Positions 18,052 through 27,714 of a stretch of 32,396 bases of DNA are shown here, one piece after another (within the stretch, counting starts at the first letter, position 1; each line of letters begins with the position of its first letter). Both the position numbers and the translations under genes were made by a program. The stretch spans positions 1 to 32,396 of the forward strand of contig JBEBGD010000064.1 of NCBI GenBank assembly GCA_040081625.1, read 5' to 3'. The stretch is from Chthoniobacteraceae bacterium. GTDB lineage: Bacteria > Verrucomicrobiota > Verrucomicrobiia > Chthoniobacterales > Chthoniobacteraceae. Under the pieces are notes generated by a model. That model had not been told where the DNA came from. It searched no databases and saw only the letters and a list, made by a program, of their open reading frames with translations.

Positions 18052-18128
18052 GCGTGGAAATACGAACCGCCCCGCCGCGACGGCGCGATAGACTTCGGGC
18101 GCGAGATCGAGGTCCGTATTTGCCACGC
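18052..18128. repeat. Imperfect inverted repeat / hairpin downstream of the transporter
   Basis: gcgtggaaatacgaacc (18052-18068) versus ggtccgtatttgccacgc (18111-18128), with one bulge and one mismatch. Confidence 0.55.
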
Positions 18129-18263
18129 GATATTCGGGACCGCGAAAGACACGCAGATCGTATCGACCCTCCGCGTTGTCCGTAAGCACACCCACGCGAC
18201 CCTAGTGGCGTCGAGGGACGAATCGGGATTGCATGTGCGCCGCAGACTCAACAGCCTCGCGAC

Positions 18264-18899
18264 ATGCTTCCTCCCAAGCCACACACCGCCGTCGCCTTCC
18301 TCCTCTCCGCCGCGCTGCTCACAGGCTGCGTTTCAAACAAGCCGCTCACGTCGGTCGATCGCACCAAATACGGACGCGCGTCGATCGCCCCGGACATCAA
18401 GCTGCCCAAATCGTATTCGTATTCGGATGCGACGATGGCGGGCACCGCGGCGGTCGCGGGCAGTTTCGGCCTCGCGGGCTTGCTGGTCGGCCTGCCCGTG
18501 CTCGTGGCGGAGGCAAATGCGGGCAAGAAGCGCGTCGGCGGCGCAATAGATCGCAGCGGCGTGCAGCCCACGCCGATCTTCCGCGAGGCCTTTGAGCGCG
18601 AACTAAAAAAGCTCAATCATTTCCAACTCGTGTCGGCCAATCCCGACGCGACGTTCAAGCTCGAGATTCTGAACTGGGGCTTCGACTCGGGCGGCGCGGG
18701 GAAACTCGCGGCGAGCCTCTCGGTGCGCGTGCAATTGCTCGACCGCGCAAACAAGCAGATCTGGAACCGGTTCGTCAACGCGGTCAGCCCCACCAACGGC
18801 ACGCACGAGCAGTTCAACGCGGACTCGAATCTCTACGCAAAGGCGTTCCGCGAAGTCGCCGAGGTCGTGGCGAGAAAAATCACCGGCGAGTGGGAGTAG
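18264..18899 (+). CDS. Hypothetical lipoprotein
   Basis: Lipobox LLTGC after a hydrophobic stretch, a glycine-zipper-like segment AGSFGLAGLLVG, coding-like composition. Confidence 0.75.
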   Translation: MLPPKPHTAVAFLLSAALLTGCVSNKPLTSVDRTKYGRASIAPDIKLPKSYSYSDATMAGTAAVAGSFGLAGLLVGLPVLVAEANAGKKRVGGAIDRSGVQPTPIFREAFERELKKLNHFQLVSANPDATFKLEILNWGFDSGGAGKLAASLSVRVQLLDRANKQIWNRFVNAVSPTNGTHEQFNADSNLYAKAFREVAEVVARKITGEWE

Positions 18900-19401
18900 G
18901 CCGCGGAATGGGTGTCGCGAGCTTTTTCACCAATCCTCGCCGGATCGCCTTGAGCCCCGGCGTGAGCGCGGCGGCTTCCTGTGGACTGAGCCGGCGGAAT
19001 CTGCCTTCGCTCACCTGCTGCGTCGGCATCGGGAAATAGATCGAACCGCTGCCGGTGCTGGCAGCGCCGACACCGTAGCTGTTTGCGATCTTCAAGTCCA
19101 TGAGCAGGCGGATCGTCTCGCCCTCCTGCCCGCGCACATCGGCGTAGAAGACCGGCCAGCCTCCGACCGCCGCTCCCGGCCCGCGACCCGCGCGCACACG
19201 TCCTCCGAGGCCTGCGGGGAGTTGAAACTCGAGCATCGCGCGGCCCGGCAGCGAACCGACGGCGCGCCCTTCAAAGCTTAGCGTGGAACCGGGGCCTTTG
19301 TGCGGCAGGAACACAACGACCGTGTATGTCGGCGGCGCGGCATGAACGGCGCCGGCGGCGAGCGCGGCGAGCGCGATGAGGACCAAGGTTTGCATCCGCA
19401 T
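18880..19401 (-). CDS. Hypothetical secreted protein
   Basis: Signal peptide MQTLVLIALAALAAGAVHA followed by a beta-rich domain. Short convergent overlap with the lipoprotein gene. Confidence 0.65.
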   Translation of the reverse strand: MRMQTLVLIALAALAAGAVHAAPPTYTVVVFLPHKGPGSTLSFEGRAVGSLPGRAMLEFQLPAGLGGRVRAGRGPGAAVGGWPVFYADVRGQEGETIRLLMDLKIANSYGVGAASTGSGSIYFPMPTQQVSEGRFRRLSPQEAAALTPGLKAIRRGLVKKLATPIPRPTPTRR

Positions 19402-19481
19402 CGCATGACTGCTCTCGCACGCTTTTGCGAGCCGCAGTTTTGCCTCGCCGCACGCGACGGGCTCCGGCTACGTCTTGCAGC

Positions 19482-21848
19482 GTGCGACTGCTCTGCGCGC
19501 TGCTCGTCTTCATCGTCCGTTGCGTGGCGGAGTCCGCCGCGAACCCTTCCATGCCAACCTTCACGCAACTCAGCCTCGGCCCCGACACGCTCGTGATCGA
19601 TTATTCAGCGCCGGAGTTCGGCGCGTGGCGTCATGCGCTCTTCGTCGCGCTCGACACCGGCGGCACCGGCTCGGCGTTCGCGCCGTTTGCGAATGGCGAT
19701 ACCGGCTCCGCGACGATACTGCCCTTCCGCGCGAGCCGCCTCTACGCGGCGCACATGGTGCCGGGCGGGCCGACGAAGTCGTGGCAGGAATGGAAGCAGA
19801 CGCGATGGAGCGGGCCGATGGACGTGAAGCCGGAGTTCACCGCGGAGGTCTTTCCCGGCCGGATGCGAATCACCGTGCGGCTCGACGCGCTCGACGCCGC
19901 GCCGAAAACGTTGCGACTCGCCGCCTGGGCAAAGGACATGAACGCGAACGATCGCTGGGGCGCGCTCCTGCCCGATGAAGCGCTGCGCGTGCGCGGCGGC
20001 CTCGGCGACCGGCCGATCGATCGTTACTACGAGGTCGATCTCGCGGCGCAGACGGCGCGCATCGTATCGCGGCGTGATCGCCACGCCGGGCGCGTGCGAA
20101 TCTACCAACTCCTGCCGCGGCTTTTCTCGAACTCGAACGAGACGCGCAAGCCGGGCGGCACGCTCGCGGAGAATGGCGTGGGCAGGTTCAACGAGATCGA
20201 TGCGGCGGCGCTCGATGCGATCAAGGCGCTCGGATGCACGCACGTGTGGCTGACCGGCGTGCTGCGCCAGGCGACATCGACCAGCCATCCCGGCCTGCCC
20301 GCCGACGATCCCGCACTGCTGAAAGGCCGCGCGGGCTCGCCTTACGCGATCACCGACTGCTTCGATGTGTGCCCAGACTACGCGAGCGACCCGGCGAACC
20401 GCCTCGCGGAGTTCCGCGCCCTCATCGCGCGCGCCCACGGCGCGGGGCTGCGGGTCATCATCGACTTCGTGCCGAACCACGTCGCACGCAGCTACCGCTC
20501 GACAGTGAAGCCCGGCCAGGACTTCGGAGCGAACGACAACCGCGCGGAGTTCTTCTCCCCGGCGAACAACTTCTTCTGGCTCCAGTCCGCCGGCGCGCCG
20601 CTGCGGCTGCCCGATGCCGGCATCTTCGAGCCCGAGCGCGAACACGGACGCGTCACCGGCAACAACGCCGCGACGTGGGAACCCTCACGCAACGACTGGT
20701 ATGAGACGGTGAAGCTCAACTACGGCTTCGACTTCACCACCGGCACGCGCGCGTATCCGCACGGCGATCAGCCCGACCTGCCGATCCCCGACACGTGGCT
20801 GAAAATGGACGCGGTGCTCGCGCACTGGCAGCAACTCGGCGTCGATGGCTTCCGCTGCGACATGGCGCACATGGTGCCGCCGGAGTTCTGGTCGTGGGCG
20901 CTCGACCGCGCGCGCGCACGGCAGCCGGCGGTCGTCTTCATCGGCGAAGCCTACGACAACGACCCGATGAAAGTCGGCACCGGCAACGTGATGCTCGACC
21001 TGCTCGGCGCCGGCTTCGACGCCGTCTATGACGACCCGAGCTACAAGGCGCTCAAGGGCATCTACGACGGCGGCAGTTGGGCCAACGATCTCGACACCGC
21101 GCTCGCCGCCGCGGATCGCGAGTTCACCTTCACCAACGCGCTGCGCTACGCCGAGAATCACGACGAGGTGCGCCTCGCCGGGCGCGACCAATGGGGCAAT
21201 GTCGGCGCCGCGGTCGGCAGGCCCGTGAGCGCGATCCTCTACGGCGTCGGCCGCGGGCCGGTGCTGCTCTACAGCGGGCAGGAAGTCGGCGAGCCGGCTG
21301 ACGGCGCGGAGGGTTTCGGTGGCGACGACGCACGCACGACGATCTTCGACTACTGGTCGATGCCCGAGCTGGCGAAGTGGGTGAACGGCCAGCGCTACGA
21401 CGGCGGGCGGCTTTCCCCCGAGCAGCGCGAACTGCGAAGCTACTACGCGCGACTGCTCGCGCTCGTCGGCCAGCCGGCCTTCCGCGATGGCGAATTCTAC
21501 GGCCTCAACTTCGCCAACCGCGAGAACCCCGCGTTCGGTCGCCTGCCCGGCGAGAACGCTAGCGGCCACTGGCTCTACGCCTTCCTCCGCAGCGACTCCG
21601 CGAGCGGCCAGCGCTTCCTCTGCGTCGTGAACCTGCATCCCCACGAGACGCTGCACGATGTTCATATCCAGTTCCCGCCCGATGCGCTCGCCTTCATCGG
21701 CGTGCCGCCCGCGAGCAATGCAAAGCTCGCCGAGCGGCTCGGTGCCGGCGCGATGCTCCTGCGCGCCGAGCCGCTCGGCGAAGGCGTGCGCGTGCCGGAG
21801 CTGCCGCCGCTCACGCCGCTCTTTCTCGAGATGCGCGTCGAGCGTTAG
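19482..21848 (+). CDS. GH13 alpha-amylase family glycosidase with an extra N-terminal domain
   Basis: IYQLLPRLF, GSPYAITD, IDFVPNH, catalytic GFRCDMAH, FIGEAY, ENHDE. GTG 19482 gives a signal-peptide-like start; ATG 19551 is an alternative. Confidence 0.9.
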   Translation: MRLLCALLVFIVRCVAESAANPSMPTFTQLSLGPDTLVIDYSAPEFGAWRHALFVALDTGGTGSAFAPFANGDTGSATILPFRASRLYAAHMVPGGPTKSWQEWKQTRWSGPMDVKPEFTAEVFPGRMRITVRLDALDAAPKTLRLAAWAKDMNANDRWGALLPDEALRVRGGLGDRPIDRYYEVDLAAQTARIVSRRDRHAGRVRIYQLLPRLFSNSNETRKPGGTLAENGVGRFNEIDAAALDAIKALGCTHVWLTGVLRQATSTSHPGLPADDPALLKGRAGSPYAITDCFDVCPDYASDPANRLAEFRALIARAHGAGLRVIIDFVPNHVARSYRSTVKPGQDFGANDNRAEFFSPANNFFWLQSAGAPLRLPDAGIFEPEREHGRVTGNNAATWEPSRNDWYETVKLNYGFDFTTGTRAYPHGDQPDLPIPDTWLKMDAVLAHWQQLGVDGFRCDMAHMVPPEFWSWALDRARARQPAVVFIGEAYDNDPMKVGTGNVMLDLLGAGFDAVYDDPSYKALKGIYDGGSWANDLDTALAAADREFTFTNALRYAENHDEVRLAGRDQWGNVGAAVGRPVSAILYGVGRGPVLLYSGQEVGEPADGAEGFGGDDARTTIFDYWSMPELAKWVNGQRYDGGRLSPEQRELRSYYARLLALVGQPAFRDGEFYGLNFANRENPAFGRLPGENASGHWLYAFLRSDSASGQRFLCVVNLHPHETLHDVHIQFPPDALAFIGVPPASNAKLAERLGAGAMLLRAEPLGEGVRVPELPPLTPLFLEMRVER

Positions 21849-21970
21849 CGTTTCGGCTCTGCGCTGACGGCCGGTGGCCGGCTCTGGCGGTAGTGCTTCA
21901 CCACCGCGCCCGCGACCAGCGCGAGCAGCAGGAAGACGACGACGCGAATCTCTTGCGGCGTGAGCCTCAT
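21845..21970 (-). CDS. Small single-pass membrane protein, 41 aa (below the ORF-track cutoff)
   Basis: MRLTPQEIRVVVFLLLALVAGAVVKHYRQSRPPAVSAEPKR*. ATGA overlap with the KTSC gene stop, GC-rich third positions, and it fills the gap exactly up to the amylase stop. Confidence 0.7.
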   Translation of the reverse strand: MRLTPQEIRVVVFLLLALVAGAVVKHYRQSRPPAVSAEPKR

Positions 21971-22263
21971 CGCGCGCGCTCGTATTCAAACTTCCCCCGA
22001 ATGCGCTCGATGAAATATCGACCCTTCGATCCCGCGCTCATCAATCCATTGAACAGCTCCCTCGGCACGTCGCGGTAGCGGTAGATGCCGCCATTGCGAA
22101 ACTCGATCTCCATCGTCCGCGAGCGCACATCGTAGCCCGCGCTCGCGATGCTCGTCGAATCCACGGGCGTGCGCTCGCCTGCACGCGTCCGCTCCGCGAG
22201 ACTCAACGCGACGCCAGCCGCGCCAAGGACGAGAAATGATCGTCGGGAAATGCCGCATCGCAT
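21967..22263 (-). CDS. KTSC domain protein with a twin-arginine-like signal peptide
   Basis: VDSTSIASAGYD...MEIEFRNGGIYRYRDVP...LMSAGSKGRYF..IRGKF is the KTSC pattern, preceded by SRRSFLVLGAAGVALSLA. Confidence 0.85.
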   Translation of the reverse strand: MRCGISRRSFLVLGAAGVALSLAERTRAGERTPVDSTSIASAGYDVRSRTMEIEFRNGGIYRYRDVPRELFNGLMSAGSKGRYFIERIRGKFEYERAR

Positions 22264-22346
22264 GGCCTCCCGCTATCGGGAACTCCGCCCGCAGCCAAGC
22301 AAGCTTTCCACTCGCCCTCTCCCGTCCGCCTGCTCTCCTCCCGCCC

Positions 22347-23072
22347 ATGCGCACCGCAAATCCCGCACTCCGCTCCGACACCTTCACCTCCACGCAGGTC
22401 GGAATCGGCGAGGAACCGATGACCATCGCCGGCACGGTCCAGAAATCCTTCACCCTGCTCGCAATCACGATGCTCACCGCCGGGCTCACGTGGACGCGCG
22501 CCGGCGCGCTCACGACGCCGCTGCTCATCGGCGGCGCGATCGGCGGCTTCATCGTCGCGCTGGTGCTGTGCTTTAAGAAGACATGGGCGCCCGCGCTCGC
22601 CCCCGCCTACGCGCTGCTCGAGGGTCTCTTCCTCGGCGGGCTCTCCAAGCAATACGAGGCGGCATTCGGCGGCATCGTCCTCCAGGCGGTCATGCTCACC
22701 TTCGGCACGTTCCTCGCCCTGCTTGCCACGTATCAAGCCGGGTTCATCCGCGCGACGGAGAACTTCAAGCTCGGCATCGTCGCTGCCACCGGCGGCATCT
22801 TCGTGGTCTATCTGCTCACGTTCGTGCTCGGCTTCTTCGGCATCCACATCCCCTACATTCACGGCAGCGGTCCGATCGGCATCGGCTTCAGCATCGTGGT
22901 CGTCATCATCGCCGCGCTGAACCTCGTGCTCGACTTCGACTTCATCGAGAAAGGCGCCGAAAACCGCGCGCCGCGTTATCTCGAATGGTATGCCGCCTTC
23001 GGCCTGCTCGTGACGCTCGTCTGGCTGTATATCGAGATCCTGCGCCTGCTCGCGAAGCTGCGGCAGCGCTAA
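22347..23072 (+). CDS. Bax inhibitor-1/YccA family membrane protein
   Basis: MRTANPAL start, YALLEGLFLG, LVLDFDFIE, EWYAAFGLLVTLVWLYIEILRLL. Confidence 0.9.
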   Translation: MRTANPALRSDTFTSTQVGIGEEPMTIAGTVQKSFTLLAITMLTAGLTWTRAGALTTPLLIGGAIGGFIVALVLCFKKTWAPALAPAYALLEGLFLGGLSKQYEAAFGGIVLQAVMLTFGTFLALLATYQAGFIRATENFKLGIVAATGGIFVVYLLTFVLGFFGIHIPYIHGSGPIGIGFSIVVVIIAALNLVLDFDFIEKGAENRAPRYLEWYAAFGLLVTLVWLYIEILRLLAKLRQR

Positions 23073-23126
23073 GCCGCCCCACTCGGCAGTTGCAGCGCCG
23101 CGCGCGATGCGGCATCACGCGCCCAC

Positions 23127-24344
23127 ATGTCTCGCTCGCTCTTCCTCGTCCTCCTCCTCCCACTCATCGCATCCGCCGAGGACTGGCCGCAGTGGCGCGG
23201 CTCGCGGCTCGACGGCACCAGCACCGGGAGCGGCTTCCCCACACGCTGGAGCGCGACGGAGAATGTGCGCTGGAGAACCGAACTGCCCGGCACCGGCCAC
23301 GCATCGCCGATCGTCTTTGGCGACCGCGTCTTCACCGTCTCCGCGACTGCCGGCGGCGAGCGGCTTCTCCTCAGCCTCGATCGCGCGAGCGGACGCATCC
23401 TGTGGCAGCAGATCGTTGTGCAATCGCCGCTGGAGCGGAAGCACCGCGAGAACAGCCACGCATCGAGCACTCCCTCCACGGATGGAGAACGCGTCTTCTG
23501 CACGTTCCTCGATCAAGGCCAGGTCGTCGTCGCCGCCTACGACTTCGCCGGGAAGCAGCTCTGGACCAAACGCGTCGGCGGCTTCTCGAGCGTCCACGGC
23601 TTTTGCAGCACGCCGATCCTGCACAAGGACACGATCATCGTGAACTGCGACCAGGACGGCGACGGCTACATCGTCGCGCTCGCGCGAAAGGACGGCGCGG
23701 AGCGCTGGCGCATCGAGCGGCCGAACAAGACGCGCAGCTATTGCGCGCCGCTCATCCGCGACGCGGGCGGACGGACGCAGATGGTCCTCTCCGGCTCAAA
23801 GTGCGTCGCAAGCTACGATCCCGACAGCGGCAAACTCATCTGGACCATCGACGGCCCGACCGACCAGTGGGTCGCCTCGCCCGTCTTCAATGCGAAGGCG
23901 AACCTCTTCTTCGTCAGCGGCGGCTTTCCCGATCATCACCTGCTCGCGATCAAACCCGACAGCACCGGCAACATCACCGACACGCCGCAGATCGTGTGGC
24001 ACGGACGGCAGGGCGTCGCCTACGTCCCCTCGCCCATCGCCGAGGGCGACTGGTTCTTCATCACCGACGACCGCGGCTTCGCGCACTGCTTCGACGCGAA
24101 GACCGGCGAGCAGCGATGGGAACAGCGCTTCGGTCGCCAGCACGCGTCGCTCGTGAGCGCGGGTGGATTGGTCTATTTCCTCAACGACGACGGCGAATGC
24201 CGCGTGGTGAAGGCGGGTGCGAAGTTCGAGCTCGTCGCGACGAACGTCCTCGGCGAGCCCACCTACGCCTCGCCCGCGCTGAGCGACGGCCAGATTTTCC
24301 TGCGTGGCGACAAGCATCTCTACTGCATCGACGCAAAGCGATGA
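23127..24344 (+). CDS. Exported PQQ-binding-like beta-propeller repeat protein
   Basis: Signal peptide, EDWPQWRG, NVRWRTELPG.GHASP, repeated ALxxxxG..W blades, YASPA...IFLRG..HLYCI. Confidence 0.9.
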   Translation: MSRSLFLVLLLPLIASAEDWPQWRGSRLDGTSTGSGFPTRWSATENVRWRTELPGTGHASPIVFGDRVFTVSATAGGERLLLSLDRASGRILWQQIVVQSPLERKHRENSHASSTPSTDGERVFCTFLDQGQVVVAAYDFAGKQLWTKRVGGFSSVHGFCSTPILHKDTIIVNCDQDGDGYIVALARKDGAERWRIERPNKTRSYCAPLIRDAGGRTQMVLSGSKCVASYDPDSGKLIWTIDGPTDQWVASPVFNAKANLFFVSGGFPDHHLLAIKPDSTGNITDTPQIVWHGRQGVAYVPSPIAEGDWFFITDDRGFAHCFDAKTGEQRWEQRFGRQHASLVSAGGLVYFLNDDGECRVVKAGAKFELVATNVLGEPTYASPALSDGQIFLRGDKHLYCIDAKR

Positions 24345-24694
24345 GCACGCTCGTCCGCCACGAGGGCCACACGCCGCGCGAGCGCAGCGCCTGCGGCTGG
24401 CGCGACCGGCTCATCAGCCGCGAAGACGTGGCGCTGTCTCCGGCGGCCTGGGCGCACGCGGTCGATATCGACGGCGCGAAGCCGCACTATCACAGGCGCT
24501 CGACGGAGCTCTACTACGTCATCGATGGCGGCGGCACGGTTTCGCTCGACGGCGTTGAGCACGAAGTTCGCGAAGGCTCGCTCGTCCACATCCCGCCAGG
24601 TGTCGTGCATGGCGCGAAGGGCCGGATGCGCGTGCTCGTGATCGGCATTCCCGACATCGCCGACGACGATTACCACGAAGCACCAACCCCATGA
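24341..24694 (+). CDS. Cupin domain protein
   Basis: PHYHRRSTELYYVIDGGG and VHIPPGVVHG cupin motifs. ATGA overlaps on both sides. This is the real part of the 22583..24694 ORF. Confidence 0.88.
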   Translation: MSTLVRHEGHTPRERSACGWRDRLISREDVALSPAAWAHAVDIDGAKPHYHRRSTELYYVIDGGGTVSLDGVEHEVREGSLVHIPPGVVHGAKGRMRVLVIGIPDIADDDYHEAPTP

Positions 24695-25890
24695 AACCGC
24701 TCCGAATCCTGCCCGTCCTTCTTTGCCTCGCGACCTGCAGCCCCGCCGCCGAGCCGTTCATCGAGAAGCTCGATCTCTTCACCGCCGGCGAAGGCGGCTA
24801 CAAGGTCTATCACATCCCCGGCGTCGTCGTGACTGCGAAAGGCACCGTGCTCGCGTGGTGCGAGGCGCGGAAGAAGGGCGGCGACTGGGATCAGATCGAA
24901 GTGCTGCTACGGCGCTCGAACGACGACGGGAAGACGTGGAGCGCGCCGAAGATGATCACCAGCGTGCCGGGACCGAAGACGAAGAACCCCTTCTCGCTGC
25001 GCATGAAAAACGTCGATCCCAACGACGTGACCTACAACAACCCGGTGCTCATCGCCGATCGCGACGGCACGGTTCACATGACGTTTTGCCTCGAATACAT
25101 GCGGTGCTTCTACCAGCGCAGCGACGACGACGGCGTGACGTGGAGCACGCCCGTCGAAATCACGAGCGCGTTCGAGAAGTTTCATGCGAGCTACGATTGG
25201 AAGGTGCTCGCGACCGGGCCCGACCACGGCATTCAACTCAAGACCGGCCGGCTCGTCGTGCCCGTGTGGCTCTCGACTGGCACCGGCGGAAACGCGCATC
25301 GCCCGTCGGTGACTGCGACGATCTACAGCGACGACGACGGCAAGACGTGGCACGCGGGCGACATCGCGGTGCCTTGCACCGACGCGTGGATCAACCCGAA
25401 CGAAACCGTCGCGATCGAACTCGCCGACGGCCGCGTGATGCTCAACTCGCGCAGCGAGTCGAAGGCGCACCGCCGCCTCGTGACGATCAGCCCCGATGGC
25501 GCGACGAAGTGGAGCACGCCGAAGTTCGACGACGCGCTGCTCGAGCCGATCTGCATGGGCAGCATCGTGCGCTACTCGCTCGACAAGCCGCGCATCCTTT
25601 TCAGCAACCCGCACAACCTCGCGCGTGCCGACGGCAAGGAGGAGCCGGGCAAGAATCGCGATCGCAGGAATGTCTCGGTGAAGCTCAGCTACGACGAAGG
25701 CGCGACGTGGGCCGTGAACAAAACCATCGAGGCGGAGTGGAGCGCATACAGCGACATCGCCGTCACGAAAAACGGCACGATCCTCTGTTTCTACGGGCGG
25801 GCGGAGAAGCCGAACTTCGCCGGCGATCGCCTCACCGTCGCCCGCTTCAACCTCGAGTGGCTCACAGACGGACGCGACTCATCCGAATGA
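24691..25890 (+). CDS. GH33 sialidase-family (BNR/Asp-box) protein
   Basis: Signal peptide, Asp-boxes SNDDGKTW, SDDDGVTW, SDDDGKTW, SYDEGATW, plus PNE and SAYSD. Has YHIP in place of the usual (F/Y)RIP. Confidence 0.88.
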   Translation: MKPLRILPVLLCLATCSPAAEPFIEKLDLFTAGEGGYKVYHIPGVVVTAKGTVLAWCEARKKGGDWDQIEVLLRRSNDDGKTWSAPKMITSVPGPKTKNPFSLRMKNVDPNDVTYNNPVLIADRDGTVHMTFCLEYMRCFYQRSDDDGVTWSTPVEITSAFEKFHASYDWKVLATGPDHGIQLKTGRLVVPVWLSTGTGGNAHRPSVTATIYSDDDGKTWHAGDIAVPCTDAWINPNETVAIELADGRVMLNSRSESKAHRRLVTISPDGATKWSTPKFDDALLEPICMGSIVRYSLDKPRILFSNPHNLARADGKEEPGKNRDRRNVSVKLSYDEGATWAVNKTIEAEWSAYSDIAVTKNGTILCFYGRAEKPNFAGDRLTVARFNLEWLTDGRDSSE

Positions 25891-26001
25891 GTTCCGTCGC
25901 CACCGCGCCGATCCTCGCGGCTGCTCGTTGTTCAAGATGACGCAAGGTCCGCCAACCCGTCTGCTGCCAGTGGATTGCAAACCGCATCGGACCAGAGGCA
26001 A

Positions 26002-27705
26002 ATGAACCGAACTCTCTTCCTCCATCTCGCCGCCGCGCTCGCGCTGCTCCCCGGCCTGCGCGCGCAGACTCCGCCCGCGAAACTCATCGAAGCAGACGTG
26101 TGCATCTATGGCGGCACGTCCGGTGGAGTCGCCGCCGCAGTGCAGGCGGCGCGGATGGGAAAACGAGCAGTGATCGCGGAGCCGGGCCGGCATCTCGGCG
26201 GAATGACCGCGGGTGGGTTGAGCGCAGTCGATATCGGAGATCCCCGCACCGTAGGCGGGATTGCGCGGGAGTATTTCACCCGCCTCGTCGCGAGCTACGG
26301 TCAGACGCTGGAGTGGAATAAACCGTTCGAGAGCAAAGGCGGCGGGCCGGCGACCGGCGGCGCTTACTCGATCGAGCCGCACGTCGCCGAGCGCGTGTTT
26401 GGCAAGATGACTCGCGAGGCACAGGTCGCCGTGCATTTGGGCGCGCGCCTGGTTTCGGTGAAGAAGGACGGACCGCGCATCGTGGAGTTTGGCACCGAAG
26501 ACGGCTCGGTGTTCCGGGCGAAGATGTTCATCGACGCGACCTACGAAGGCGACCTCATGGCGAAAGCGGGAGTGAGCTACACGCTGACGCGGGAGGGCAA
26601 TGCGAAGTATGGCGAGACCTACAACGGCATTCACTGCAGCGAGAAATATTTGCCGCGAACGAACCACTTGAAGCCCGGCCCGAACGGACGCGTGAAAGGC
26701 GGGCAGGGTGTGTGGGATCGCGACTTCCCGCTCGATCCGTTCGTCGTGCCCGGCGACCCGAAAAGCGGACTGCTGCCACTCGTGAACACCGGCGAACCGG
26801 GCACGCCCGGCGAAGCTGCGCCCGGCGTGCAGGCGTATTGTTTCCGCCTCTGCCTGACAACGAATCCCGACCGCATCCCAATCGCGCCGCCGGAGGACTA
26901 CGACGCGAAGCATTACGAGCTCGTCGCGCGTTTCATCGCCGCGTGTGAAGCGATCGGCGACGACATGGACCTGCGCTGGTTCTCGAAGCACGACCCGCTG
27001 CCGAATGAGAAATGGGATTTCAACACCGCGACGTTCGGCGGAAACCTGCCCGGCGCGAGTTGGGAATGGCCGGAGGCGACCTATGCGCGCCGCGAGCAGA
27101 TCGCGAAGGACCACGAGCGTTACCATCGCGGCCTGCTCCACTTTCTCGCCACCGATCCACGCGTGCCGGCAAAAGTTCGCGCAGACATGAAGCGCTTCGG
27201 TCTGCCGCGTGACGAGTTCACCGACAACGGCGGCTGGCCGCATCAACTCTACATCCGCGAGGCGCGGCGGATGGTGAGCGATCTCGTGATCACGGAGCAC
27301 CACACCTTCGGCCGAAAAACCGCGCCGCACTCGATCGGCCTGGGCAGCTACGGCACTGACACGCACGAAATCCGCCGCATCGTGAAAGACGGAGTCGTCA
27401 TCCGCGAAGGCAAGACCGCGGGCGGTCGCGACGGCGCGGCGCCGTATCCGATCGGCTACGGCGCGATCGTGCCGCGTGCGAGTGAATGCGAGAACCTGTT
27501 CGTCACGTTCGCGCTCTCCGCGAGCCACACCGCTTTCAGCAGCATCCGCATGGAGCCCGTGTTCATGGTCACGAGTCAGAGCGCCGCGACGGCGGCGTGC
27601 CTCGCGATCGACGGCGACATCCCGGTCCAGAAAGTCGATGCCGCAAGCCTCCGCGCGGGATTGCTCGCGGATGGACAAGTGCTCGAATGGAAACGCTCCC
27701 CATGA
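26002..27705 (+). CDS. Exported FAD-dependent oxidoreductase (FAD_oxidored family)
   Basis: Signal peptide, DVCIYGGTSGG, LGGMTAGGL, FIDATYEGDL, LYIREARRM, SASHTAFSSIRMEPVFM. Confidence 0.9.
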   Translation: MNRTLFLHLAAALALLPGLRAQTPPAKLIEADVCIYGGTSGGVAAAVQAARMGKRAVIAEPGRHLGGMTAGGLSAVDIGDPRTVGGIAREYFTRLVASYGQTLEWNKPFESKGGGPATGGAYSIEPHVAERVFGKMTREAQVAVHLGARLVSVKKDGPRIVEFGTEDGSVFRAKMFIDATYEGDLMAKAGVSYTLTREGNAKYGETYNGIHCSEKYLPRTNHLKPGPNGRVKGGQGVWDRDFPLDPFVVPGDPKSGLLPLVNTGEPGTPGEAAPGVQAYCFRLCLTTNPDRIPIAPPEDYDAKHYELVARFIAACEAIGDDMDLRWFSKHDPLPNEKWDFNTATFGGNLPGASWEWPEATYARREQIAKDHERYHRGLLHFLATDPRVPAKVRADMKRFGLPRDEFTDNGGWPHQLYIREARRMVSDLVITEHHTFGRKTAPHSIGLGSYGTDTHEIRRIVKDGVVIREGKTAGGRDGAAPYPIGYGAIVPRASECENLFVTFALSASHTAFSSIRMEPVFMVTSQSAATAACLAIDGDIPVQKVDAASLRAGLLADGQVLEWKRSP

Positions 27706-27714
27706 AACGTGGCG

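Noticed and set aside
22583..24340. Upstream part of the 703-aa ORF
   Set aside because: Overlaps the YccA-family and beta-propeller genes out of frame. Only 24341-24694 (cupin) is credible.
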